Source: Strigamia acuminata (Eukaryota). Taken from it: 64,000 nucleotides of DNA. The stretch spans positions 16,740,001-16,804,000 of the forward strand of contig OX442314.1 in the NCBI GenBank assembly GCA_949358305.1. Direction: 5' to 3'. Positions 51,273 to 64,000 of this stretch are shown here, in pieces (position 1 is the stretch's first letter; every line of letters begins with the position of its first letter). The position numbers and the translations under genes were made by a program. The notes below the pieces were generated by a model, which did not search any database, had not been told where the DNA came from, and worked only from the letters and a program-made list of their open reading frames with translations.

Positions 51273-54200
51273 TTATTTTGCTGACCTGCTAAAAAGAAAA
51301 CTTAAGGATCAACACATTGTATCGTGGGTATAATGGTAAGTTGGATGCATACCAGTGAGATGCAATGTTAAACACGGAGAGAATCGACAAGCCTAACCCA
51401 ATTCCCAAAATGCTTCCTATGTCACTGATGAGTGCATGGCCCGTGTATTTTTGGATTTCCAAAAGATGTTCAATATAATTGGTTAGAAGAAAGTTTGAGA
51501 CAATGGTTATTACTTTGGTGGGGTGTTCTTCTGTCACGACACTAGACGTGACAATAGTTTTAGTACAACTCGGTAAACAATGGCACGACTTGTACGCGTC
51601 ACTTCTCATATAAATGTCAACATATTTGTGCTGCGATTGCAATGATGAACTGAAGTTGGTACACATTGGAATGTAGATGTCAAAATTAGTCATATAAGGT
51701 AAGCTGTAGGTACATGAAAAGAAAGTGCGCTGTAGAACAATATGATTGCTGATTGGTTCTAAAGAAAATATTTGGATTTTTTTGCCTTGTGTTGGAGAAA
51801 TTGGTTCTGAAATGGGGCAAGGTGTTCTAAATTTATAAGGCTCTAGCTAGGAATTTTTGTTACATTGTTTCAACCAATTTGGTCATGGATGACCATTTTA
51901 GAAATTCTAAATGCTTAATTTGTGCCTGGAATTTTATTACTTCGAATTCAAACTGCATCATTACTGTACATGCTCAAAAATTAAAGAGAGTTAGTGTGTT
52001 TTGTTTCTGATTATAAACGTTGAGTGCAGCTAGTGTCTGCTGTTTCTTGAACACATTAATTATTTATTGTGTTGACGTGTCCAGGCTAGAATGTACAATT
52101 TGAATTTAGCATCAAATTAGGACTACTAGTTTGTGTTCACCAGTATAGAACCATTTTTAATAATAGGTTGGTGTCTTTGTCTACTATTTTCCATCATTCC
52201 CAGCAGAGAAGAGAGGTTCAACTATTAGGGAAAACTATAGGAAAAGTATCTGTTGGGTAGTTCCTTTAATTTATAAGAGATACTGATAGTCTGTAAAATC
52301 AGTTTAGCATTCAAAAATTGAATTCAGCTAATGTTTACATTTGGTAACCAAAAGATACTTTTGAGATATATTAAGTTCTTTTAATTTTGAAGCTTGGATG
52401 CTCTCACTGGAGCAGATTCCAGGTAACAACAGTTTTATTTATACTTGGCGATACTGTACGGAAGCTTACCGACAAGATAATTGTTCCTGTAATTTTTGTT
52501 TTAGACATTGTTGAAGGCAATTTAAATGTATCTTTTTATCCGTGCATCTATACCGAGTGATATTTAGTTGAGTCATCTGAAAAATTTCCAGATAATGTAC
52601 AAATTTAAACATTTTCGCGATTCTCGTGCGACTCGGTTACTGCTTTCCGATAAGAAACAAACACAATCTGACAAATTAAGCGGATACACCACTGTTTGGT
52701 TCCACTGCAGCCTCCAATACAGCACTTGAGTTTATTTATTTTCAACATTGAATCAAGAAGCTTAAAAAAATACCTTTTTTATTCGTATGTATACGATACT
52801 TCGGGTGGCTCCCTGCACGTCTGTTGCCGTTGACAAATCTATATTTTCATCAGGTGAATTTAAGATGTACTAATAAAGTTAAAAAGATAATTTTAAAATT
52901 TTTGCCTCTTCTGGCGCAGATTTTCTTAATTTTACCCAAAACGTATGTTTATCGCAAAAAAAATACTTTGGAAATGGAAGCAACTGCAATGACAATCCTG
53001 TGGTTGCACCTGTATAGTTAACCGGTGTTGTATGTAGTTGAGTACACTTGCCGTATAACAGCATTGCCGTTGTTTTGGTTGCATTGAAATCTACAGGTGT
53101 TCCTCCTGTATAATGCTAAAATTACAATAATGTGATGAATATGTGTATTATCACTGTGACACTTGTTTACTTTAAATGTATCGCTAACGCTGACCGCTGA
53201 ATGAATAGAAAGATCATTCCAGATACGATCTGCTGGATTGATGTCGTCAATAAGTTGCAGATGATTAATTTGTTCACATCCCAATACTTTGTTGCCATTA
53301 GCTTTACGCTTTAGTTTATGTATACGTGAAGATTCGCCACATATAGTTACTATAGGAAACTGGACCTTTGAAAGTCGAAGTATGTCAACTGACGATGTCG
53401 TCGGTTCATTCATGTAGTACTTAGTGCGCCAATACAACATGTAGACAGTCAAACCAATTAGCAAACTGATAGTTATTATTTTTACTGCATGTAAAATGGA
53501 TTTGTTATTTTGCTGAGATAGTTTTCTTCTAATTTTACCAATCTTTTTTACTAAACGCAACTGTCTGGTCGTTCTCCAATATTTTCGTTGTTTACGTATG
53601 ATTCTCACAATCATAAAACATTCTATTACAGACAGCAATGATAGACCCATCGTAAGGCCTAAAGTTCCTCCAATTTCCGAAAGCAAAGAGATTATATCAA
53701 ATGACAAATGTTGAATATAAGCAGTGATTTCTTTATCTCGAAAGTAAAAATTGAAAATCAGTTCGTGTCCAGCTATACGAGTGCTCTCTATAGTTGGTTC
53801 ATAAGAATATTCAACACATTTTTTTATGCATCCACAATCACGTTCTGGGTATTTTTTTGTGTGAAAAATTGACAGTAACTTTAAGAACAATTCGGAAATC
53901 TCGGGATTACTGAGCGTGCACTCGGGTAAATTAGATGTAGCGAATGGAAACCTTTTAAATATTCACAGATATTAAAGAAGAAGTATGTAACTAATGATGC
54001 ACAATTGTTTTAAAATAATACTTACTTGCAATTAAGTTTTCTATGCATCCTGTCAATACAATCTTTGAAACATTTTGCATGGTCTTTAAAACTAACACAG
54101 TGTGACTTTGGAGTATCAATTAATGAGTACTAAAGTAGTAAGTTGCAAAGGAAAATATATTTTCAGGATAAAATGCATTAAAAACGAAAAAAACAACTTA

Positions 54201-54725
54201 ATTTACACAGCTTACTTTTAAATAAGTAAAGGTAACTCTTTTTTCAGAGCCTGAAGCCACCGGATATGAAATTTTGGCAATAGTTGCATCTCCGATTTGT
54301 TTTACATAAATCTATAAAATTATGTTGGTTCAAAATGTTAAGATGTTAAACCTAATTATGAGAACCCACCACATAGCTGTGTTCATTACAGAAATCTTTA
54401 TTCTTCTTTGCATACATTACTTCAAATGAACTGCCTTGATAAGACGGCATCCAAGGATTAACTGTATGCAAGTTTAGAAATAAATTTAATGCACAATACC
54501 AAAACGACACTCGCGTGTTTAATACCAAAGCGAAATCGTGTTGTGATTCCCAAGTCAGCAGCTAGGACTTCATCTTGAACTATTTTCAAATGTGAAATTT
54601 TCTGTTTCTGTAAGAATAAAAAGAAACGTAAATTATAACTCAAACTGGGCTATTGTACATACGTATACAGGGGCGGATCTAGCTTTTCGGGGGCCCTGGG
54701 CTCGAGGTCTTTTCGGGGCCCCTTT

Positions 54726-54765
<40 letters not shown>

Positions 54766-55401
54766 TACATTGTCTTGTTTCTTGGGGCCCTCCTAGGATT
54801 TGGAGGCCCTGGGCTCAAGCCCTAGTAGCCCTTATGTAGATCCGCCCCTGTACGTATATACAATATTCTGCAAGCTTACTTTTCTAACTTTAAATGATTG
54901 CATTGCTGTTGTAATGTTAGTTGCGTTCCATATTTCCTTTAAAGTTACATCTGGAGGAATGGTTTTTGCCTTCATTAAACTAAGTAGTGGGTTAACGCAG
55001 TTAATATTAACCAAATCTGCAGGCCGGACATCTAAATTTGACCTGTTCCATAAGTCAAACATTGCATCTGTGTCGTATGCCGCAATGTCAAATGCTGGAT
55101 GATCAAACTCTTCTGATGTTTGAATAACATCGACAACTGTATGGTAATCGAAGTAATAACTTGTTCTGACGAACGTTTGATATCCAAAAAATAAAATACA
55201 AACGCACAATGTAGCAACGAAAATACATTTTAAAGGAACAGGAACTTTCTTCTGAGTGAGTAAACTCAATCCAGAAATAGGAAAATCTGCCAAACTTATT
55301 TCTTTTTGAGATTGAGTTACAATTCGTCGGATTAAGGCTTTCGAACGAAGTTTTTTGTCTAAACAGTTTGGTTTAAAAGGTTGAAATACATATTTCTGCA
55401 T
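51273..55401 (-). CDS. DEG/ENaC (pickpocket/ASIC-like) protein with two tandem channel units (~800 aa)
   Basis: Exons 54880-55401, 54526-54607, 54370-54461, 54216-54311, 54026-54129, 53171-53951, 52936-53105, 52774-52869, 52470-52576, 51352-51703, 51273-51288 (or read-through to the stop at 51289). Two TM1 plus HPAFDI/FPIVTIC segments, two Cys-rich thumbs, and two TM2 segments (SEIGGTLGLTMGLSLLSV; SDIGSILGIGLGLSILSV). The 53171/53105 junction is 1 nt out of phase. Confidence 0.85.
54668..54850. mobile_element. hAT-type MITE in DEG/ENaC intron 1
   Basis: TIR CAGGGGCGGATCTA/TAGATCCGCCCCTG, a perfect 8-bp TSD TACGTATA (54660-54667, 54851-54858), and an internal poly-T tract. Confidence 0.93.
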
Positions 55402-58400
55402 TTTTCTACATATAGCCAGAAGACAACTCAGACAATTATCGTGTGGTATGAGCTTATAAATGCAAAAACAATGATAAATATTTAATTTTATTTCAAATTG
55501 AAAAAAGTGCTCACAAATTTTAGATCAAAGTTTTGATAACAAATTTTTGCTAAACTTCTGTGTGGGTGTTAATACATAAGTAGCTTGACTAAAAAAAAGA
55601 AACATCATGTTGATATAAACAGTATTAACCGTAGAAAGAATTATACCCATAAATTTTTTAAAAGAAAGATCTTATTTTGTTGCCTCTTTAGTTCCCATCA
55701 GTTCGCATATTCTTTAATAAACCAGAATAACAAAAACGAAGGAATTTACGCATTATGCACATTATCGTTTTTAATAACGATTAGTTTCAAAGCACAATCT
55801 TTTTAAAAATCTCTTATGGACAAGATTGCAAGTTACGATTTCAGTTGTGTATCGTTATGTGAATACAGGTGCATTAGATTATGGTTCGGATAACACTGGT
55901 CAATATTAATTGACAATTTAACCCTTTTAATTATTGCTTCAGCATCTAACTAGTGGATGTTTTTGTCTTTCTAACATCTTTAGTTCAATTTTTATTTTAC
56001 TTTATGTTTTCTTTTAAATGTATATCACAGGTAGCTTAACCTGTGTTTAAGTTTAATCACAAAAACGGTCGCTTGCAAGTTAGTGGGAGTAAGAACGACT
56101 GGTTTTCATGCGCGCTCATGCCGACAGTAAAATAACAAAGCATAAAAATCAGCGAGACGCCCATACGAAAATTTGCTGGTATTTGAGTATAAATATGGTG
56201 ACTCAGCCCCACGACTATTTTCCCTTAGGCTAGTGGAGGTCAATGATGAGGAAAAAAAGGGGCGAACCCTTTTTTATGGTGATGATAGTCATTGCTTTTA
56301 ACCTAATCTATCGAGAGGAAAAAACCTTTCCATTTTCACCAAAATGGCCCATAAAAGCATTCTTAAAATATTAATGTGTTAAAACTATTTATTCTCATTG
56401 ATCTACTATACATCAATTTCCAAATAAATGTTTAAAATACAATTTATTGCTCTTTTTTGGTTTGGTTTCGCCCTACATGGAAATATCCGTGGTGTTATAT
56501 TTGATTTTCAGCAAATGTCTATGGAATGGATTGCTGTGATTTCAAAACCAACACTGCATTTCGGCTATAGCTGCATTCAGTCGTGTTTTTGGTGTTGTGC
56601 TTTTGGTTTGTGATTTTAAAAAATACAAAAAACAAAGAAAAAACACTTAAAACTCGGCTTTATGAATGCAGCTGCTGATAAAAGAGTTTTTGATACATGA
56701 AAGGTGTGCTTTATGTTAGGTATTTTTGAGTATTTTTGTCAATTCTAATATGCGTGCAAATACTCTTCACATGTGAATCCCACTTTTAGATCCTGATCCT
56801 GTGGGGGGAAAAGAGGGGGAACTGAGTACTCTAGAGGGGATAAACGAAGGATATGAGTACAGGGAATAAATGATCCGTGCAGGGCGACAATCCACGTTTG
56901 CGTTCCATCAGTGTTGGGAGAACCAACTGTTGGTAAAATCAATGACTGGGGCAGCGGCCTTGGTGCTGTAATGAGGTCCATGATGTGTCATAGCTTGGCG
57001 CTGAGTCATCCTAGTGTTGAGAGATTGCTAGATCTGACCTATTTTTGAAAATTCTTAGGTGTAATTTTCTACTTAATCATGAAAACTATGGCTTTGCTTT
57101 TTAGTTCAAGCTTAGCAAAATTTTTTTTTGAAATTTGCAAAATATTTTATTGATAAAGTGCATCGACTGTGCAGTTCAGTTCAGTTAGGTTGAGATTAGC
57201 CTTAATCGCCGGTTGCAGTGCGCAAATGTTTTGCTGTAAAATCAATGCTCTCTCAGAGTAAAGGAACGTCGATATAACTGATGACATCACACTGGCGTGC
57301 ATGTAAGATACATGACTCATGCCAAATGCATGATAAAGACAGATTTTTTATTTATTTCTTCAATTTTTTTTTTGCTAAATGCTATGGCAATGAATTTACT
57401 GTATGTCTGACCTATTTTGTCTTTTTTTTAAAATTTATTATTTGTTAAATTCTTGCTGTATGTTTATAAACCCACAAAGTATGATCTCAACAGTATGACA
57501 GATTCTTCATTTTTTATTTCCATGATAAAATGAAATAAACTGTCCACATTTTGTTTGTTTTCTTATCTATCGCACTATTAAACATATAAAATAATGTTTG
57601 GACAATATTACATTTTGTTTTCAAACTCATCGGAACCTTGTGAATGCAAATTGTAATTTAAAAAATTCCATTCGTTGAGTCGTTTCTTCATATCCTTTAT
57701 CTCTTAACCTTACTAGTCGCAAGATATGCATGTTTGGAAGCTGCTGAAGCAGAGTATATAGACAAAGTAAACCTAGTGTGTGCCTTAATCCAAATGACCT
57801 CACCTCTTTGATAGATTGTATGTCAAACGTCATCACTAACAGCTCATCAGTGATGTGTACAATTCGTTAATCCTTCTTACTCTTGAGCACGAACATTTCT
57901 GACTAATTCTTGTACTCGTTTATCATCTTCTGGGCAATCAAACCTGGATACGAGAGATTTGTCTGATGACGTGTTCAATTGGTATTAAAATCTCATTAGT
58001 AGATACAATTTTAAGTCCCAAAAGAGTTGGTTGATATTATGACTCAGTTTGACCAAACTGAAAGGGACCAGCTTTTATCTCTCCCCCAACTTTTTCAAAC
58101 GAACTAACAGATGCCTATTAGTGGGGGCTGTTTGCTACTGGCGAATTACTCATAGGGCAACCAATGTAGAACAAAGTTGATGACACATACCTATTCTATT
58201 CATCTCTGAGATCATAGACTTGGACTGACATCACAATCTTCTGCAGGCACATTATAATCGTCTAATTACTTGTAAACAACTTAATGATGTTTATTTATGT
58301 TCGTGCACTCAACTAACGCTAGTTTGGACTATGAATTCAATCATTTATTTTTTAAATTTAACAAATTAACTTTAAATTTTTGTGGATGCATTGTCAGAAA

Positions 58401-61400
58401 TGAAATTTAAAACGCATGATGTAAATGACATTTTCGTGAGGTTGGTTTGGAGCTATGGAGAAAAACATTGATCGAAACATGTGATAGATATCACGCCTTA
58501 TGACGTGACGCCTTATTACTAGTAAAAAAAATCCAAAATGGTTGAAAACACAAACAAGAAGCTTTAAATATACTGTATATTGGATTACGGTATTGTATTG
58601 TTGTACAACATTAGTTTGTTACATAGAATGAATCACACTATACGCATCTGAGATGACATCACTTGTTTGTAATACTTGTTACCGGAAATGAAACCAAATG
58701 CGGGTAGCCATGAGCTTGATAACCAACAATCTATTCCCTTTATATCTTATACCCCTCCTCTGTTCTTTTTCCTCTATGACGATATAACCACACCCTGTGA
58801 TCTAGTCACAAGAATCGAGTAATTAGATGGATCGATTATCGTGACACGAATATCCAAATTATTGTGGGTTTTATCAGATTGAAACAAAAGAATGCGGTGG
58901 ATCTCCCAATAAAATACAAAATTTTAAAGCAAAATTTTGCGATTGATTTATTTTTCAAAGGTTTTCGGGTAGAATTGGTTGGTTTAGTCATTTATACAAT
59001 AAATTACTTGACATCAGCATTCAGCAGGTACGAATGGACATTTTATTTCGAGTCATTCACTCTGTGTATGGCTCAGCTGAAGCGAAAACAAATGGCGCGG
59101 AATGAGTCTGTTAATTCGAATTGCAAAACATTCCACAAGACAATCCAATCTCATTTCTCATAATGTCACCACCCTCTGTGACTGATTCAATGACTGTGAT
59201 TCCAACTTATTGGCAGTGGTAGATGCCAGTGGCCAACATCGAGTGGGTGTGAGTAGAATCCGAAATTAATTAGGGCCCTAAGTGCCCTTTTCCGTGGTAC
59301 TCAGATAAGGGTGACTCAAAACTCCTCCTCTTTTCAAAGCAACGGTGATGTAACGGCCGTTATTCCCCCAGTTCTCATTACAATAACGTCATGGCACAAT
59401 CTGCATGCATTATGCAGTTTTCATACCGAGGTTTGGTGTTCTAAGCGGGACGGCAAAGAAGAATAGAGTCAACTGATCAGCGAGGAGGGCGTCATCACTG
59501 ATATATAGATAATTATTCTGATGGTTCAACCCTCGCTAGGAATTCGTCATCTTTTGCGTTTGTCATGCTAATTCGATTTTTCCCTTTGTTTTTTAATTTA
59601 GTTTCTGAATTCAAAGTGTGCGCATTGATCCCGATCACGACAGTCATATTTTTAATTTTTTGATTTTTTTTTTTTACCAATAAAATAAATAGTTTTATTA
59701 TATAAATACAACTAATTTTAGTAACTTTTTGTATCATTTAAGGGTTAAACTGCACGGCGTTGGATTAGTTTTCAATGTCTCTCGTTTTCCCCCCTCGTGG
59801 ATCTAATGAGCTGTTAGCGGATAACTTTATTATACATGTTTAAGCTATAATCCAATAAATGTGTATCAGACGTGAATAAATGAGGAGGAATATTTAGTGG
59901 ATGGGGTTGATATGCAGTTGATACGATGCGCTTTTTAATTAATTTTCATTTCAATATTTGCACGTATTCATAAACAACAAGACTCGAAATGAAAATGAGG
60001 CCCTAATTTGGAAGGCACAATACATCCGACTAAAGCATGAGTCATATTTCGTATAGATACTTTTCGTCTTTCCTTATTTGATTTAACAAGTGATGTTGCT
60101 ATGGTTTCAGCACAGTCTAATCTAAAAGCAAACACTGACTCAGCAACGGCAATATCACAAAATCCACATAAAATCCACTCTGATTGCTTTATCCTTAGCA
60201 ATTCTAATTTGATCCGTATTAAGAACAAATACGACACCCATTACCACCTAATGTACATATAATTGAAAGCACCGCCTTCGTCAGTGGATGCTGCACCACA
60301 ATACACGAGGCAGTTTTGCTTGCACAAATATGAATAAAAACAATTTGTAAAGTAGAAACAGCTTATTTTTTTAATTTCCAATGTGATTAAAGTGTGAAAA
60401 TAAAACTACATCTATAGGATTATCCATTTAATTGACTAATGGATAAGGATATGACTCATTTGCCTTTTTGTTATCTTGTTGGGCCGCGGTATCTACAGGG
60501 AACAATTACAGCAATGAAGTAAAGCGCGTCGAAAAAGATTTCATTGGCATACGAGTGCCAGATAGAAATAATAATAAGAAGTGAAACACTGAGAGTGAGT
60601 GCTACTCGTTTTATTTTGACATGCTGGGACGATATGATAACGATAACTAGGTTTTTTTTTTTGCTCAATATTCGTTGATGAATCACAATGGTTTTCTGGC
60701 CTTTTAGACTTTCACACTCTTTTTTAGTCATCTAAATTAAAACTATCAAGTCATCTAATAATTGTATACCCTATAATATAAACAGCACGTATGGGATTAA
60801 TAATTCAAAGTACCCCCTTTAGTCTTTTGCAGTTTTTTTGTTCGTAACGTTTTGTTATACAGAGATGATGTAGTGATTTTCTAATGACGGGTTAGATAAT
60901 GTAATTAACCTAGACGATAATGAACACCTAATTAGAATGTGCAATCTCTCGAGACTTGATTGTAAATTTTATATTTTTTAAAAATAATTAAATAATTATA
61001 GCCTAAAAACCTAGCAGTGATTGATGGGCAAAAATAGAAAAGTTGAATAATTTTTTTATTCAAGTTTTATTCAAATATATACAGATAGTAATTACGGTTT
61101 GTTTTAATAATAACAGTGTAAGGTTTGAAAAGAGTGAGAGACTAATTCTTCTGATAGGGGTAGGAAATAATGTACCGTATACTGCATTTGCCATCATGAA
61201 CGTGTCATGTTCTATAATATTGACATGGCTGAGTCAGTTAATTATAGGGGTGGCGTAGCAATACATACTCGGAGTGTCTTTTGATATTAAAATAGAATAA
61301 AATTGTTTCTTTTACATTGGGTAAGTCTATCAATCATCGAAGCCAGTTATTTGTCCGTATTCATTTATGTAAATAGTAATACAGATTAATGATGCTCAAT

Positions 61401-62788
61401 ATAATGCTGGTCTGGACAGATAAGTTTCATTTGTCATTCTTAATATTCAATTTCCCCATGTTCAAGCCAATTAAGATATCTACTGCAACAGAATTTGTAT
61501 GTTTCATTTTTTTAACATTTATCTTTGGTATTAAAATAAAAATTCGATACATTAATTTTTTTTAATTCACTGTTCCATCATTCTATGTAACATAGCTGCT
61601 AAATGAGCAAATAATCCGCCATAAAATAGAAGCAGGTTGAAGGATACCCACGTGATTGCATTGCATCTCACGCTTAAAGTGGATTATGGAAAAACTCATG
61701 TGTTCAGTTTCCTTTTAATTATTGCAAATACGGATGACTCATTTCATTTTGTTTTCAAACTAATTCAGCGAATCAGCTTATTCTTCATACGAATAATTAC
61801 ATAATTTTAGTATTTTAGTATTTAGTATTTTGGAGAATTTCATTAGAAACACATGTTTTCCATAGACACCTATAAATTCTTGTAAAACCGCTTCCTGTTC
61901 TGGAGGGCTACTCCAGGAAATGGATGAATCGCACAAAAACACAAATTGCTTGCTGGGGAATTGACTTGACTCGTGAGAAGCATCACAAGAAGGTGTTACG
62001 AGTATTAGCAACTGGACTTGACCAATTATGTTCATTATCACGAAGGCGATACAGGAGTTGTACAGGAGGGTGAAAAGATAAGGAGTCAGGACACATGTAC
62101 AGAATTTCGCATATTTTTGGAAAACTTTAGTAATAAAATTCCAGTTTCAAAACAATCATTTCCTTTTTTTTACTAGCTTCTTATTCGAACTAAAAAAAAC
62201 TGATGAAATTGAATTCCAAATTATGTTGAAATGGAAATGAAGTATTGCAGTCAACTGCACTGCACAAACTCTGTTTTTGGCAGATAAATTTAGACAAACA
62301 AAAACACATGTAACTATTTTTATTACATCAGATTGTAAGTTAGCCGACATCGTTTCAAGTTTCATTCCTTCCAAGCAAACTTTGTGTGAGTTTAACACGG
62401 ATGTAATACATTCATTGACCACACATTAGGAGGTGTGTTGAGAGATAAAGTGACATCAGCGATGGCGTGGCAACCATCTGGCCGCGTGTCTTTTGTTAAA
62501 TGACAAATCCATCTGCACTACGTCATACTAGGGGATATAGGGGATAGGGTGAAATCACTTGTCACTCAAGTGCGGTGAAGTCACCGTTAAAGTGATGTCA
62601 TCGGATCAAAGTTTCTAATATATTTACAATTTAGCAAAAGTTTACTTATGATTTGTCTGTTGATTGTTTAATTTTGTTGATACTATTTGCTATTTGTTTA
62701 CAATGCAATTAAACAAAACAGAACAAAGAGGCATTTAATAATGAAATACCATTGAGAAAAATTGCTACATCAAAACGAATTAAACCTA

Positions 62789-63134
62789 ATGGCCAACATT
62801 ATGGACTGGCTTCGCAAATTAAAAGACCAGGTTGTTTATTTCGCTGAAGAATTAATTTGTCATCGTTTTCTTCGCCGAAAGTATATGCGCATCAAAAAGA
62901 CAAATTTTGCAATGTACAGTAATAATATTTTACTTTGGTTTTAGAAAAAAGGAGGAATATGAACCCAGTAGTTACCAGTATGATAATCCTTATATAAATT
63001 TGGTAAGCCTTAACGTACTCGACAGTACAACTGGTATTGACGATACGGAAACCACAAAGAACATAGCCGAGACGAGACTTAACGAGACTTATACGGAATT
63101 GCCAATTCTGGGTAACGATGATGAAATTTGGTGA
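62789..63134 (+). CDS. Possible small two-exon orphan protein (~93 aa) or the tail of a larger gene
   Basis: 62789-62880 and 62945-63134 join in frame across a 64-nt GT-AG intron to give MANIMDWLRKLKDQ...RRKKKEEYEPSSYQYDNPYINL...YTELPILGNDDEIW*. No recognised homology. Confidence 0.35.
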
Positions 63135-64000
63135 GAAAATGGGCGTAACATCTGTTTAATCGCATTGAAAACAAAATCTTCAAAGATGCAATTACTAAAC
63201 GTATTCCACAAAAGCGGCCACGATCCATAACAAATGACGGCATTTTTGTTCAAACTGATTCTCTCATTTTTCGACCAAGAGCGTGTAATTTGGATTTAAA
63301 ATGGCATGAGGAATGGGCCGAGCGAATCGAAAATGGATTTGCTTTCTTATTGCCTTTTCGATATTCTAATTAATAGTCCTAAAATGTAAAAAAAAATCAT
63401 AAAAAATCAAAAAAAATCAAAAATAAATTTTGGCTGCTACAAATTATTTTATTCTAGTTTATTATAATGATTAATCCGAAATTTTGGAATTGATTTTCGA
63501 ATCAAGGACTCAAGCACGACTAACTCTTCGCTTTTATGTGTTTTGGATAATACATATACCCACTGAGGGATAATTTGGTCGACTACATGAAATTCCTTTC
63601 AGCTTCCATTTGTTTTGCAAAGGAATTAAATGTGTACGCTGCAATGTCATTACAAGCATGTCTTTTTATTTTACGAGAAGGTGCAGTTGTTGAACTTGTT
63701 ATAAAATCTCCACGGAAAATGCGTTACAGCAAAATATATTTTTTACGTTACAAATAAATGCGCTTTCTTAGATATTCACATAATATTAAAGTATGAAAAT
63801 AAAAATTACTCAATTCTTAGCTTTCAGAGTAATTTAAATATGTAATATATATTATGTAACTGCAGTTTTAATTACAGTAGTATGATTTTGCTTTGAAAAG
63901 CATTCAAAAAAGAGTACCGGTAATTTAATCTAAAATCTGATATTTTTCAAACAATGAGCAGAGTCACCAGAAAATTAACTTTGTCAGCGTCATCAAGATT

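Overview
AT-rich animal (invertebrate, probably arthropod-like) genomic DNA with short (~55-70 nt) spliceosomal introns. Genes assembled by hand from splice signals: the 3' half of a soluble guanylate cyclase alpha subunit (+); two intact tandem sGC beta-1-type paralogues (+); TFIIA alpha/beta (-); a DUSP10/MKP5-type MAPK phosphatase (+); a DEG/ENaC-family gene (-); and a possible small orphan ORF near 62.8-63.1 kb. The intergenic regions at 3-17 kb and 22-31 kb contain many MITEs, remnants of Tc1, MULE and Helitron elements, and a 5S-rRNA-derived SINE. Main findings: (1) the DEG/ENaC gene encodes two channel subunits fused head-to-tail in one ~800 aa frame, although one junction in unit 2 is 1 nt out of phase; (2) the second sGC beta copy has a remodelled H-NOX sensor but a near-identical cyclase half; (3) there are two dense AP-1 site clusters, one in the DUSP gene and one in a region with no recognisable gene; (4) GC-AG introns, one of them paralogue-specific. 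All alignments and counts were made by eye and no database searches were run.
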